A DNA stretch of 64,000 bases from an uncultured archaeon (GTDB taxonomy: Archaea > Thermoproteota > Bathyarchaeia > Bathyarchaeales > Bathycorpusculaceae). The notes beneath the pieces are model-generated. The model did not search any database. It was not told where the DNA came from and saw only the letters and a program-made list of their open reading frames with translations. The position numbers and the translations under genes are program-made. Location of the stretch: assembly GCA_963782915.1 (NCBI GenBank), contig CAWALK010000022.1:256001-320000 (forward strand). The letters run 5' to 3'. Below are positions 10,977 to 19,789 of the stretch, piece after piece; within the stretch, counting starts at the first letter, position 1, and every line of letters begins with the position of its first letter.

Positions 10977-12070
10977 ATGAAAAGAAAAACCTGTGGTCGC
11001 ACCTCAGAGGCTGGTTCCCTCAAGAACCAGTTCTAAAAGTTCCTCAGATTCATTTCCTCATAAAACAGTCCAGTAAACCGTGGAATCTGAGCAAAAACAT
11101 CAGTAGTTTCTTTTATGGACAATTATTGCTTGGTTCATTCATCATAAACTTGTTCATGGTTAGTTCAACAAACGAATTTCTTGCCCTTATCTTGTCCTGC
11201 TTCATAGTTGCATTCATTGGGATAACTGTTTACAATTTACGAAAATACCACGGATTACAAGATTTACTCAGCGGCGGTTTGTTTGCAGCGTCTATTGGAG
11301 TAGTAATTGTCAGTGCCTTCCTTTTTTCGCTTAAGACCTTAAGCGCAACGAACAGTATAATATTAGTAATTTTCAGTATGGCTGTTTTTACAATATTATA
11401 TGCTCTGGTACAAAGTGCTGGGAAGATAGGAATACGCCTTCCCCATAAGGCAATGGTTTTTTCTCTTGCTTTAATCGGCATTATCGCTCTCGTGCCATCA
11501 TTATCTGTAGCTTATCATGACGAAGACAAAACCGAAGTAACCCATCAACAAAATATTTTCAGCGAATATTTCAATCTAAGTAGACAACTTCCCGATGAAG
11601 TCGTCAACATCAACTTGACCACCGCTGACAAAATTGAGATTGACATGACCAAACAGCATGGCGCAAACGTAGACTCTTATGCCAGCATTGTTTTTACGGT
11701 TAGTGACCGGAATCTAAGTTCCAGCGCAAAAATCTATTTTTCTTCAAACACCATCGACAGCTGGTTTACTCAAACTTGGACTCCACCCCAAAACGGAACT
11801 TACGTGTTCACCCTTCATTTTAATCATATAGCCTCAAATTACGTTTGGGTAGGTGTAACTAGGGTTTGGTCAACGATTGAAATGAGACCATCGGTGGTTG
11901 CAAGGCCTCTGCTTGCCCAGTTCATGGCACCCACATTGATTCTTGCAGCTGCTTTACTCGCCGCTAGTGTCGCAATTCCAATCCGAAGCCTCAAAGGACC
12001 AAACTTCAGAGGGGCAATTAAGCAGAAATGGAAGGAGACATGGTTGCAATGGAAAAAAAGCTATTTCTAA
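10973..12070 (+). CDS. Array membrane protein 4 (multi-TM plus extracellular beta-rich domain), RGWFPQEP motif
   Basis: MNEKKNLWSHLRGWFPQEP; about 5 TM, then a domain with several NxS/T sequons (WTPPQNGTYVFTLHF), then a final TM. Confidence 0.8.
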   Translation: MNEKKNLWSHLRGWFPQEPVLKVPQIHFLIKQSSKPWNLSKNISSFFYGQLLLGSFIINLFMVSSTNEFLALILSCFIVAFIGITVYNLRKYHGLQDLLSGGLFAASIGVVIVSAFLFSLKTLSATNSIILVIFSMAVFTILYALVQSAGKIGIRLPHKAMVFSLALIGIIALVPSLSVAYHDEDKTEVTHQQNIFSEYFNLSRQLPDEVVNINLTTADKIEIDMTKQHGANVDSYASIVFTVSDRNLSSSAKIYFSSNTIDSWFTQTWTPPQNGTYVFTLHFNHIASNYVWVGVTRVWSTIEMRPSVVARPLLAQFMAPTLILAAALLAASVAIPIRSLKGPNFRGAIKQKWKETWLQWKKSYF

Positions 12071-12414
12071 GGGCCATCATTAGAGGTTGGCTTCCAAAGG
12101 ATCAATCTTTCCAAAACATAGCCTGTGAAACCAAGAAGCCAACAAAGATTAACCAAAGCCCAAAAAATAACGAAAACGAAGACAGACCCATGACGAAGGG
12201 ACAGATAAGAGCATTAACAGTACTGGGCATAGCGAACATAATTATGCTTATCAGTTACTCAAGCTATCTTGTCATCTACCTGATTACGCCCAGCCTTTGG
12301 AGCTCTACGCTCGGTTTCAGCTTGTGGGTTTTTATTGTGTTCTCACTGCTTTTCGTTAACTTTTTGCTGTACATGAACTACAAGAGGCAGACAAGAATGG
12401 CGGAGGGTGTGTAA
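12049..12414 (+). CDS. Array membrane protein 5 (2 TM), RGWLPKDQ motif
   Basis: MEKKLFLRAIIRGWLPKDQ; AAGGAG upstream. Confidence 0.78.
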   Translation: MEKKLFLRAIIRGWLPKDQSFQNIACETKKPTKINQSPKNNENEDRPMTKGQIRALTVLGIANIIMLISYSSYLVIYLITPSLWSSTLGFSLWVFIVFSLLFVNFLLYMNYKRQTRMAEGV

Positions 12415-12416
12415 GA

Positions 12417-12719
12417 TTGGATTTGGATCGCTTGCAGAATCGTCTCAGAGGCTGGCTTCCCAAAGAGCCAACGCTCCAAGTCCATCAAACACGGATAGAC
12501 CAAGAGAATTCGCTTATGGTTCGATGGATGGCAAGAGCCATTGTTGTGGGGGCCGTTGCAAGCGGATTGCTGGGAGTTTTCGGGGCAGAGGCAGGTTTAG
12601 ACCGCGGAGTCGGCGGATATGCTTGGTCCACGTTAGTGATAGTAATTGCTCCAGTTGCAGTGGCGGTTGCCGCTGTTTTTGGCAAACGAAAAATGAAGCA
12701 GCAAAAGCGGACTTGGTAA
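12417..12719 (+). CDS. Array membrane protein 6 (2 TM), RGWLPKEP motif
   Basis: MDLDRLQNRLRGWLPKEP with TTG start, GGAGGG upstream, basic C-terminal tail. Confidence 0.8.
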   Translation: MDLDRLQNRLRGWLPKEPTLQVHQTRIDQENSLMVRWMARAIVVGAVASGLLGVFGAEAGLDRGVGGYAWSTLVIVIAPVAVAVAAVFGKRKMKQQKRTW

Positions 12720-12728
12720 TGTCTGAAG

Positions 12729-14942
12729 TTATTGCTTAATTGTTATTTCGAATTTTGCGCCCTTATTGGGTAAGCCGTTTTCTTGTATTGACCAACCGTA
12801 AACTTCAACCATTTTTTTGATAAGACGCAAACCTAAACCTGAACCGTTGCCTGTAGTGAAGCCTTCTGTGAAAAGCTTCGGCTTATTAACCTCCGATATG
12901 CCAACGCCGTTGTCCTCATAGAACAGTTTTACGCCGCCGTCTTCAAGTTTGGCGAAATGCACTTTTATCTGGGTTACTTTTACGCCATGCTTCAACGAAT
13001 TATCTAAGAGGTTATAGAAGAGTTGTCTTAGCAGCGAATCAGCCATCACCGATAAGCCCCCGAATTCATTAACGATTTCTACTCCAACCAGATTTGGCAT
13101 CAGAGAAACTGCCTCGTTGAAGCATTCCTCAACATTAACTTGCGTTAACTGTTCAGCACCGATTTTCTCGTATAATCGGCTAAATTCAAGCAGCTTATCC
13201 GATGAATTAACGGCTGCGTTGATTGAATCAAGATACTTCGCCAATTCGGAGTCGTTGGCAACGCGTTTTTTTAGCAAGTAAACATTAGCGCTTATGATTG
13301 AGAGCTTATTTTTTACGTCATGGCGGGTTAAGCCACCGACGACGCGGAGTTTTTCATTCATTGTTCGTATTTTTCGGCTGCTTTCTTTGAGTTCCTCTTG
13401 AGCTCTCTTGTGTTGGCTTGTATCGCGTATTATCATGCTTACACTTGAGTTACCGTTGGGTTCCGTGAAGCGGGTGGATGTTAGGTCTCCTTCGAATTCG
13501 GATCCGTCTTTGCGCCTAAAGGTTAACTCGGCTTTGGCTTGACCTGTTGTCTCACGTTCCCTAATAGCAGATTTGGCTCGGTCGTCAAGAACCATTATGC
13601 CATCGCGGCCAACTTGGGTAAGTTCTTGTTCATTCCAGCCGAACATGCGACAAGCCGTGGGGTTAGCAGAAACAATTTGGCCAGATGGCTTCATGAGCAC
13701 AACAGCGTCGTAGCTGTTGTCGTAGAGGGCTCGGAAATGCTCTTCACTGCGCCTAAGTGCTTCTTCAGCCCTCTTACGCTTCGTTATGTCACGTTCCATA
13801 GAGAGGAACCAAATGTCCGAGCCAATCTTCACAGCCTTTACAGAAGCCTCAACATCAATGGTTGAACCGTCTTTTCGCCGTTGTGTTGTTTCAAAGGAAT
13901 ACTTGTTTTTTAGTTTAAGATTTTGAACTAGGCGTTCAGTTTTTGGCATGTCTGCTGAATCATCGATAAAAGAGATTGGTTTACCGATTAACTCATCTTT
14001 TGTGTAACCGAGAGCACGGAGGGCTGCAGAGTTGGCGTCGTGAATGATTGGAAGCTTACCGAAGGGAATCTCCATCAGCAGTATGTAGTCGGCGGCTTGC
14101 TCAAACAGTGCCCGGTATCGTTCTTCGCTAATCCGCAAAGCTTCCTGAATGAGTTTACGCTCGCTTATGTCTCGTTCAATAGCAATTGCCCAGATTTCCG
14201 ACCCAAAATTTATGGCTTTAATGTGCACTTCAACGTTAAACAATGAGCCATCCTTTCGTTTATGAAAGGTTTCGAAGTGGACTGATTTGCCCTGTTTAAC
14301 GTCACAAGCGATTTGGTTTATTTTTTGCTCATCAAAATAGCCGTCGACATATGTTATTGGTTTCCCGAATAGTTCATCCATTGAGTAGCCATGAACATTC
14401 AAGGCTGCTGTGTTTGCATCCCGTATTATAGGCGGACCATCAGTGGGATACTCTAACACTAAAATATAATCTGCAGCCTGATCCATCAACGCCCGATAAT
14501 GCTTCTCACGCTCTTCTAAGGCATGTTTGGTTCTACGTTCATCTGTAACCATTTTTATGCCATGAACAAGTTCGCCGAAAACAGTTTCGGTCGAGCCATG
14601 CTTGTTATAGTATCCGTCGGCTCCTAGATTTAGAGCGGTTATCGCGACCTCTTCTCGGCCCTTGCCAGTGAATAACATAAAGGCAACATCGTTTTTTTGG
14701 CTACGCAACTCTTTGAGAAATTGCAAGCCATCCTTCTGGGGCAATTCGTAATCACATACGATTACATCGTAGGGTTTTGTTTTGATTTTCTCTGAGGCTT
14801 CTTCGGCGTTCAATGCGCAATCGACTTCAAAGTCGCCGCTGATTTTTATTATCTGTTTTGAGATCAGCAAAAAGTCAGAGTCATCGTCAACAAACAAAAT
14901 ACGAATCGGGGTTGGCGAAGAAAAGGTCTTGGTATTATTCAT
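12729..14942 (-). CDS. Hybrid sensor histidine kinase REC-(PAS)x3-HisKA-HATPase
   Basis: ILFVDDD/CDYELP/FTGKG receiver; three RKDGS PAS/PAC repeats; TRHDVKNKL H-box; NLLDNSLKHG, EDNGVG, GSGLGL. Confidence 0.93.
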   Translation of the reverse strand: MNNTKTFSSPTPIRILFVDDDSDFLLISKQIIKISGDFEVDCALNAEEASEKIKTKPYDVIVCDYELPQKDGLQFLKELRSQKNDVAFMLFTGKGREEVAITALNLGADGYYNKHGSTETVFGELVHGIKMVTDERRTKHALEEREKHYRALMDQAADYILVLEYPTDGPPIIRDANTAALNVHGYSMDELFGKPITYVDGYFDEQKINQIACDVKQGKSVHFETFHKRKDGSLFNVEVHIKAINFGSEIWAIAIERDISERKLIQEALRISEERYRALFEQAADYILLMEIPFGKLPIIHDANSAALRALGYTKDELIGKPISFIDDSADMPKTERLVQNLKLKNKYSFETTQRRKDGSTIDVEASVKAVKIGSDIWFLSMERDITKRKRAEEALRRSEEHFRALYDNSYDAVVLMKPSGQIVSANPTACRMFGWNEQELTQVGRDGIMVLDDRAKSAIRERETTGQAKAELTFRRKDGSEFEGDLTSTRFTEPNGNSSVSMIIRDTSQHKRAQEELKESSRKIRTMNEKLRVVGGLTRHDVKNKLSIISANVYLLKKRVANDSELAKYLDSINAAVNSSDKLLEFSRLYEKIGAEQLTQVNVEECFNEAVSLMPNLVGVEIVNEFGGLSVMADSLLRQLFYNLLDNSLKHGVKVTQIKVHFAKLEDGGVKLFYEDNGVGISEVNKPKLFTEGFTTGNGSGLGLRLIKKMVEVYGWSIQENGLPNKGAKFEITIKQ

Positions 14943-14954
14943 CGGTTATTACTA

Positions 14955-15269
14955 TTACCTACCTTGTAATGGGACCAAGTTGACCCCATGATTGATTTCT
15001 TCTGCTGAAACCCGTGCACCCTCAGAGAGGTACCTAAAGACACGAATTCCTCGGGAGGTATTTTTGTATACTATGCCATTGCTGACACTTCTTGGTTGTA
15101 CCAGACGTTGCTGTTCTAAGAATTTCATTGCAGCTGACAGAATTGGTCTATCGATTTTTGTTATGCCCTGAATCGCTTTGATATTGAGCGATTGTGCTTC
15201 CCCTAGAGTCTTGAGTACTTCGACATAAAGCTCTAATCTGGATTGTTTTTGGTTGCTCAAGTCTTTCAC
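14955..15269 (-). CDS. Small winged-HTH regulator (ArnR1/HTH_45-like)
   Basis: SRLELYVEVLKTL...MKFLEQQRLV...YKNTSRG pattern. Confidence 0.7.
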   Translation of the reverse strand: MKDLSNQKQSRLELYVEVLKTLGEAQSLNIKAIQGITKIDRPILSAAMKFLEQQRLVQPRSVSNGIVYKNTSRGIRVFRYLSEGARVSAEEINHGVNLVPLQGR

Positions 15270-15565
15270 AGACTCTCGTATGGCTGTTGTACAATTAAAT
15301 GATTATGTGTGTGTGCCTCTCCACTTACAGGCAAGCGATGAATCAAAAGCTAAGCGGCCCCCAAAATTAGGTTGCAACAGCAAGCAATCACTCATATGTT
15401 TACCATACCAAAAAGTTCCCCCGCTTTTAGAGGTTTCTTACCAAAAAGCTAGCCGTTAGAGAGTAGCCTCAACGTTTTTTTGCCATAAAAATTGGCATAA
15501 TATAGAACGACACAACAGAATTGGGACTAAACATTTCACCGATCAATCCGTCTGGCTTCGTTCAT

Positions 15566-16834
15566 CTACAGCTTTAGTGCTTCGCCCTCTTGCCAAAGAC
15601 TCTCAAAAGCCCTACGCAATATACCCACATGCATCTGATCATTAGTCCACAGGAAACGAGCATTCATTTTTCCAGATTTAGTTTCGCCCCAAAGCGCTTC
15701 TTTTCGGTCAACCACAAGCAGCTTGAACGGAGTCTTATCCACACACTTTAGATCAACGCTGCAGTTGGCTTTGGATGATAATAAGCGAAGGCGTCTTAGA
15801 AAATCAGTGTAATCCGTTGAATCCACATCCGCTAAATCGCCTTTGTTTATGATGGTGCGAATTTCCATTTGCCCCTCAGTCGGGTCTTCCTTTGATTTTG
15901 CAATAAGGATTTTTTCTAACTCATCCGTGGAAGCAGTGAACATCAGGGAGTTGCGTGTTTTCTTAATCATCTGGGCAATGCGTTTTTCAACATTATCCTG
16001 ACGAGCTAATGCTTCTATGGTGTTCTCTTCATAGACGCCAAAAGAAGTATTCGATAATCGAGAGATAAGATCATCTTTTTTCAGCTTGAGTGCGTCTATC
16101 TCTCGTTTCATTATGTCTGTTTTCACTTTTTCCAGGAGTTCAACAGAAGTTAATGGATCGGTTGCCATGAATCTTCGAGGCGCATCCAGTTTGCTGGTAA
16201 CGATTCCAGTTTCTTCTAATTCGGGTAGGATGCGGTAGACTTCTTCTCGTCGAATTTTAGATAGTGAAGCAATCTCTGAAGCAGTTGCTGCTCCCAAGAC
16301 GTTTAGTGCTATGTAGATTCGGGCTTTGGTTTTGTTGAGGCCGAAACTGGCGAATATTGTTGCGATTTCATCGGCGAATTTGTTGTATTCGTTTAATTGG
16401 ACTTTGCTGATTCTTAGTTTGACCCATTGGTCGAGGTTTTTTTCTGTGCGTGTTTTTTTGTCGCGTTCTTGAAGTCGGTCTTTAATGTTTTTGAGCAGTA
16501 TGGTGAAGTCGACTGGTTTTGTGAAGAATGCGTTGGCGCCTGTGTTGAGTGCTTTTATGGCGTTTTCTGTGGAGGCTTGACCTGACACCATGATTTTTAC
16601 GGATGTTGGGTCGCTTTTTTGTAGTTCAGCGAGCAATTCGGTGCCTTCCATGTCGGGTAGGCGTATGTCGATGAGGAATACATCGAAGTAGGCTGTTTTT
16701 GCTTTTGCTAGGGCTTCTTGGGCGGTGGCGGCTGTGTCAGTTATGTATCCTTCAAGTTGCAAGATTTTTGAGAAAACCCGCAGTATATCGGTGTCATCGT
16801 CTATTATGAGTATTCGGTATGATCGTTGGGTCAT
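15566..16834 (-). CDS. Response regulator: REC domain fused to TrmB-type HTH and C-terminal TrmB/PLD-like domain
   Basis: ILIIDDD, IDIRLPDMEG, FTKP receiver; FGLNKTKARIYIAL..TASEIASLSKIRREEVYRIL TrmB HTH; FKLLVVDRKEALW. Confidence 0.88.
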   Translation of the reverse strand: MTQRSYRILIIDDDTDILRVFSKILQLEGYITDTAATAQEALAKAKTAYFDVFLIDIRLPDMEGTELLAELQKSDPTSVKIMVSGQASTENAIKALNTGANAFFTKPVDFTILLKNIKDRLQERDKKTRTEKNLDQWVKLRISKVQLNEYNKFADEIATIFASFGLNKTKARIYIALNVLGAATASEIASLSKIRREEVYRILPELEETGIVTSKLDAPRRFMATDPLTSVELLEKVKTDIMKREIDALKLKKDDLISRLSNTSFGVYEENTIEALARQDNVEKRIAQMIKKTRNSLMFTASTDELEKILIAKSKEDPTEGQMEIRTIINKGDLADVDSTDYTDFLRRLRLLSSKANCSVDLKCVDKTPFKLLVVDRKEALWGETKSGKMNARFLWTNDQMHVGILRRAFESLWQEGEALKL

Positions 16835-17059
16835 AGATACTAATCCTTGAAGCCTTGCAGCCATGCCATGGGTTACAGACAGGAGAGCAGTAGCACGTCT
16901 TTCGCCTTAAGATACATATAATACTTGTTGTCAAAAATTAACCATAGAAGCAGGAAAATCAACGTAAAAACAGGCATGATTGAGCTAAATGACTAGTTTT
17001 TGGTGCTGAGGTTTGGATTTGGAGTCTTATGAACAGGTGGGGCTCTTTTGTTGTTCTTG

Positions 17060-17195
17060 TTTGTTTTTTCTATAGCAGATAATGGCGGGAGCGCCTATAC
17101 TCTTCTTCCTGTGACCTTGGCGTGGCGGCTGCTTTTCAGTTTCTGCGTTTTGTGACGATTGCACGCTGGTTGTGCAGACTTCCTCAACCAGAACG
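17060..17195 (-). repeat. Dispersed intergenic repeat family B, copy 3
   Basis: TTTTCTATAGCAGATAATGGCGGGAGCGCCTATACTCTTCTTCCT aligns with 8451-8500. Confidence 0.75.
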
Positions 17196-17202
17196 GCTAC
17201 TT

Positions 17203-17589
17203 CTATTGATTATCCTCGATTTCCATAGCTTCCCGAATTAACTCGACCTCACGCACAGTCAAAGGCTTGTTGGTAGCCCTCAAGACCAAACGTTCCTGCC
17301 AGCCGCAGTCGGGACACTCATAACTCGGTGGCAGCATTCCCAAATGGCCCCACATGTCTCCGCCCGTACTTTTTGCCCGCCTCACTTTTGGGCTTTTGCA
17401 TTTGGGGCAAACCTGAATGTCTAAGCGAACGCCCTGCTTCTCAAGTTCTTCCAGTGCCTGCGTTACTTCAACGGCGTTTTGAACCGCAGTTTCTTCCTGC
17501 ACCTGCTCCAAAGCCGTAAGCTGCTGTTTTTTTCGTTTTTTCTTCTGAACCTGCGTTTCAGCCATATCATATTCGCCTTTATTAGGCAT
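17203..17589 (-). CDS. Zn-ribbon hypothetical protein
   Basis: CPKCKS...YECPDCG. Confidence 0.75.
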   Translation of the reverse strand: MPNKGEYDMAETQVQKKKRKKQQLTALEQVQEETAVQNAVEVTQALEELEKQGVRLDIQVCPKCKSPKVRRAKSTGGDMWGHLGMLPPSYECPDCGWQERLVLRATNKPLTVREVELIREAMEIEDNQ

Positions 17590-17699
17590 GAATAGGCTGT
17601 AAGCTAAAGAAAGGGTTTCTGGTACAAGACTTTACTTTTAGTACAGTGGTTTACAGAATATGATAAATAGCGGGACAGGGAACGTTTGCATGATACAGT

Positions 17700-18347
17700 T
17701 TGAACCAGAAAGTCGCTTTAGCCGTTGTTCTCACTGCGCTGACGCTCAGCGTATGTTTTATTGCGGCAGCCTCGGCGTCCGATAGGCCGTACTTTTTCAG
17801 CGACATCCAACATATCGGCAGCTTGCAAGAACTGTCAGCATCAATCCCTATCGTCGTCGGCACAACCCTGCATAGCAATCCCCTTGACCAACCGACAAGA
17901 CATGAAATATACAGCTACATCAAAGATAATCCAGGCGTACATTTCAGAGGTATATGTGATGGGCTGGGCTTATCGGTGGGTGTAGTACAGTACCACCTTA
18001 ACGTGCTTGAGCATGCAGGCCTAATCAACACAGTTACGGATGGGCAAAACAAGAGATATTTGGAGCACAGCGCCTTCACAAAAACCGATGTCCAGCTAAC
18101 TGTGCTGATGAGGCATAACACCACCGCCAAAATTCTGGTAATTTTAGCTCAAAACGGGTCAGCCCTGCATAGAGACATAGCATGCTGTTTGGGTATTTCG
18201 TCTCAGGCATTAACTTGGCAGATGAATCAACTCAAAAACGAAGGAATAGTCAGCGCTGAAAAAGCCGGCGTAAACGTTAGGTACAGCTTGATTGATGCAG
18301 AAGTAGGTAAACTAATCGTTGACTTAAACCATCAATTCAAAAATTGA
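17700..18347 (+). CDS. Double winged-HTH transcriptional regulator with N-terminal hydrophobic segment
   Basis: TRHEIYSYIKDNPGVHFRGICDGLGLSVGVVQYHL; second HTH DIACCLGISSQALTWQM. Confidence 0.85.
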   Translation: MNQKVALAVVLTALTLSVCFIAAASASDRPYFFSDIQHIGSLQELSASIPIVVGTTLHSNPLDQPTRHEIYSYIKDNPGVHFRGICDGLGLSVGVVQYHLNVLEHAGLINTVTDGQNKRYLEHSAFTKTDVQLTVLMRHNTTAKILVILAQNGSALHRDIACCLGISSQALTWQMNQLKNEGIVSAEKAGVNVRYSLIDAEVGKLIVDLNHQFKN

Positions 18348-18360
18348 TTTTTGCTACCGC

Positions 18361-18396
18361 GGTAAGATTTGAACCCACATACCCATGCGGGATAAG
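18361..18396 (-). repeat. Degenerate copy of the tRNA-Leu 3' half (att-like scar)
   Basis: GGTAAGATTTGAACCCACATACCCATGCGGGATAAG vs tRNA GGTGGGATTTGAACCCACGAACCCCTGCGGGATAGG (19016-19051), same orientation. Confidence 0.8.
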
Positions 18397-18491
18397 CTCA
18401 CCACTTATTTTATAGACCATTGAGGTCCGCTTAGTCGTTATTATCCATTTAGTTGCAGTAAAGAGAAAGCTTAAGAATTTCCTAAACCATA

Positions 18492-18704
18492 ATGCAAGAT
18501 ATGCTTAGTTATAGGGTAATAATAGAGAAAGACGAAGACGGCGTCTTTGTCGGCAGGGTTCCAGATTTACCTGGTTGTGCTACCGAGGGAAAAACACGAG
18601 AGGAGCTTATGAAAAATGTTAAGGAAGCAATCCAGGCATATCTTGAAGCTCTAAAGCAGCATGGCGATCCAGTGCCGATTGAAACGGTGCAAGTCAGTGT
18701 CTAA
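18492..18704 (+). CDS. hicB: HicB family antitoxin
   Basis: IIEKDEDGVFVGRVPDLPGCATEGKTREELMKNVKEAIQAYL. Confidence 0.93.
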   Translation: MQDMLSYRVIIEKDEDGVFVGRVPDLPGCATEGKTREELMKNVKEAIQAYLEALKQHGDPVPIETVQVSV

Positions 18705-18953
18705 ATTAGCATCTGTCGATTATGATAAGGCAATTAAGGTTCTTCTAAAGATTGGTTATGCTGTTACCCATCAGAAAGGCAGTCATGTAGTTATGCGGCT
18801 CGTGGATAGTCAGAAGTATATTTCTTTGTTTGGCTGTAGAAAAAACGAGACTATGGTGGTTATTCCAGCACATAAGCCACTTGGAAAGGTATGCTTCGCA
18901 CTATTATCAAAGAAATTGATCTTTCAGTTGAGGAATTCAACAAGCTTCTTTGA
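18697..18953 (+). CDS. hicA: HicA family toxin (frameshift near 18886)
   Basis: GTG start; HQKGSHVVM, VIPAHKPLGK, then shifted GMLRTIIKEIDLSVEEFNKLL*. Confidence 0.85.
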
Positions 18954-19005
18954 GCACTCCGACTGATTATTCACTTGATGTTAATTTTTTTAAAAAGTAG
19001 TGTAA

Positions 19006-19093
19006 TGGTGCGGAGGGTGGGATTTGAACCCACGAACCCCTGCGGGATAGGAGCCTCAGTCCTACGCCTTTGGCCATGCTGGGCGACCTCCGC
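19006..19093 (-). tRNA. tRNA-Leu(GAG), CCA encoded, no intron
   Basis: GCGGAGG acceptor, anticodon arm TAGGA-CTGAGGC-TCCTA, long variable arm, GTTCAAATCC T-loop, CCGCACCA end. Confidence 0.96.
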
Positions 19094-19192
19094 TCAAATA
19101 CAACCACTTTGAGGCTTAGCGGAGATATAGAAACATTTAGCCCATTTAAAGGCTTTACCGTTGAAAAATGCGCTGTTGAGGCAGAGCTAACA

Positions 19193-19787
19193 TCAAGTCC
19201 TCGTTTTTGACAGCAAAAAGTACCCGAATTCAGCAAGCAAGTTGGGCAGGAGCTTAACTTGGCGATTGTCGGTTTTATAGAAAGTCCGTTCGATGGTTAT
19301 GCCCTTGTTTTTGCAGTAGTCACGGAAGTCGTTTAGGCTTAGGAAGTGCAGGTTTGGTGTATCATACCATTGATAATGGCAGTGAGGGCGTAACGGGAAC
19401 TCGTCCTTTGAAGAATATGCTTGCCCGCGCTTTGTAGTGTGCAAAGTTGGGGATGCCAACGATTACTTTTTTGCCCACGCGCAATGCTTCTTGTAGGGCG
19501 AAGTCTGGTTTTTTGACTTGCTGAAGCGTTTGGTTGAGGATTACGTAGTCGAATGAGTTGTCTGCGTACTCGGAGAGGCCAGTGTCGATGTCTTGTTGGT
19601 AGACGTTTAAGCCTTCGGCGACACAACGGATTATAGCATGCTCGTTTAATTCTATGCCTTGCGCATGTACTTGCTTGGTTTTGGTTAGGTATGCTAAGAG
19701 TTCGCCGTCGCCGCAGCCGAGGTCCAACACTGATACGCCTGGGGGAATCCAGTCTGCTAAGGTTTTGTAATCAACTTTGTTTGCCAT
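19193..19787 (-). CDS. metW: Methionine biosynthesis protein MetW (frameshift near 19375)
   Basis: VLDLGCGDGELL, FDYVILNQTLQ, GIPNFAHY, shifted WYDTPNLHF. Confidence 0.92.
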
Positions 19788-19789
19788 TG

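Noticed and set aside
9422-12719. Integron, shufflon, CRISPR or DGR reading of the array
   Set aside because: No attC-like intergenic hairpins (genes abut or overlap), no inverted cassettes, no identical repeats with regular spacers, and no integrase, Cas or reverse transcriptase in the window.
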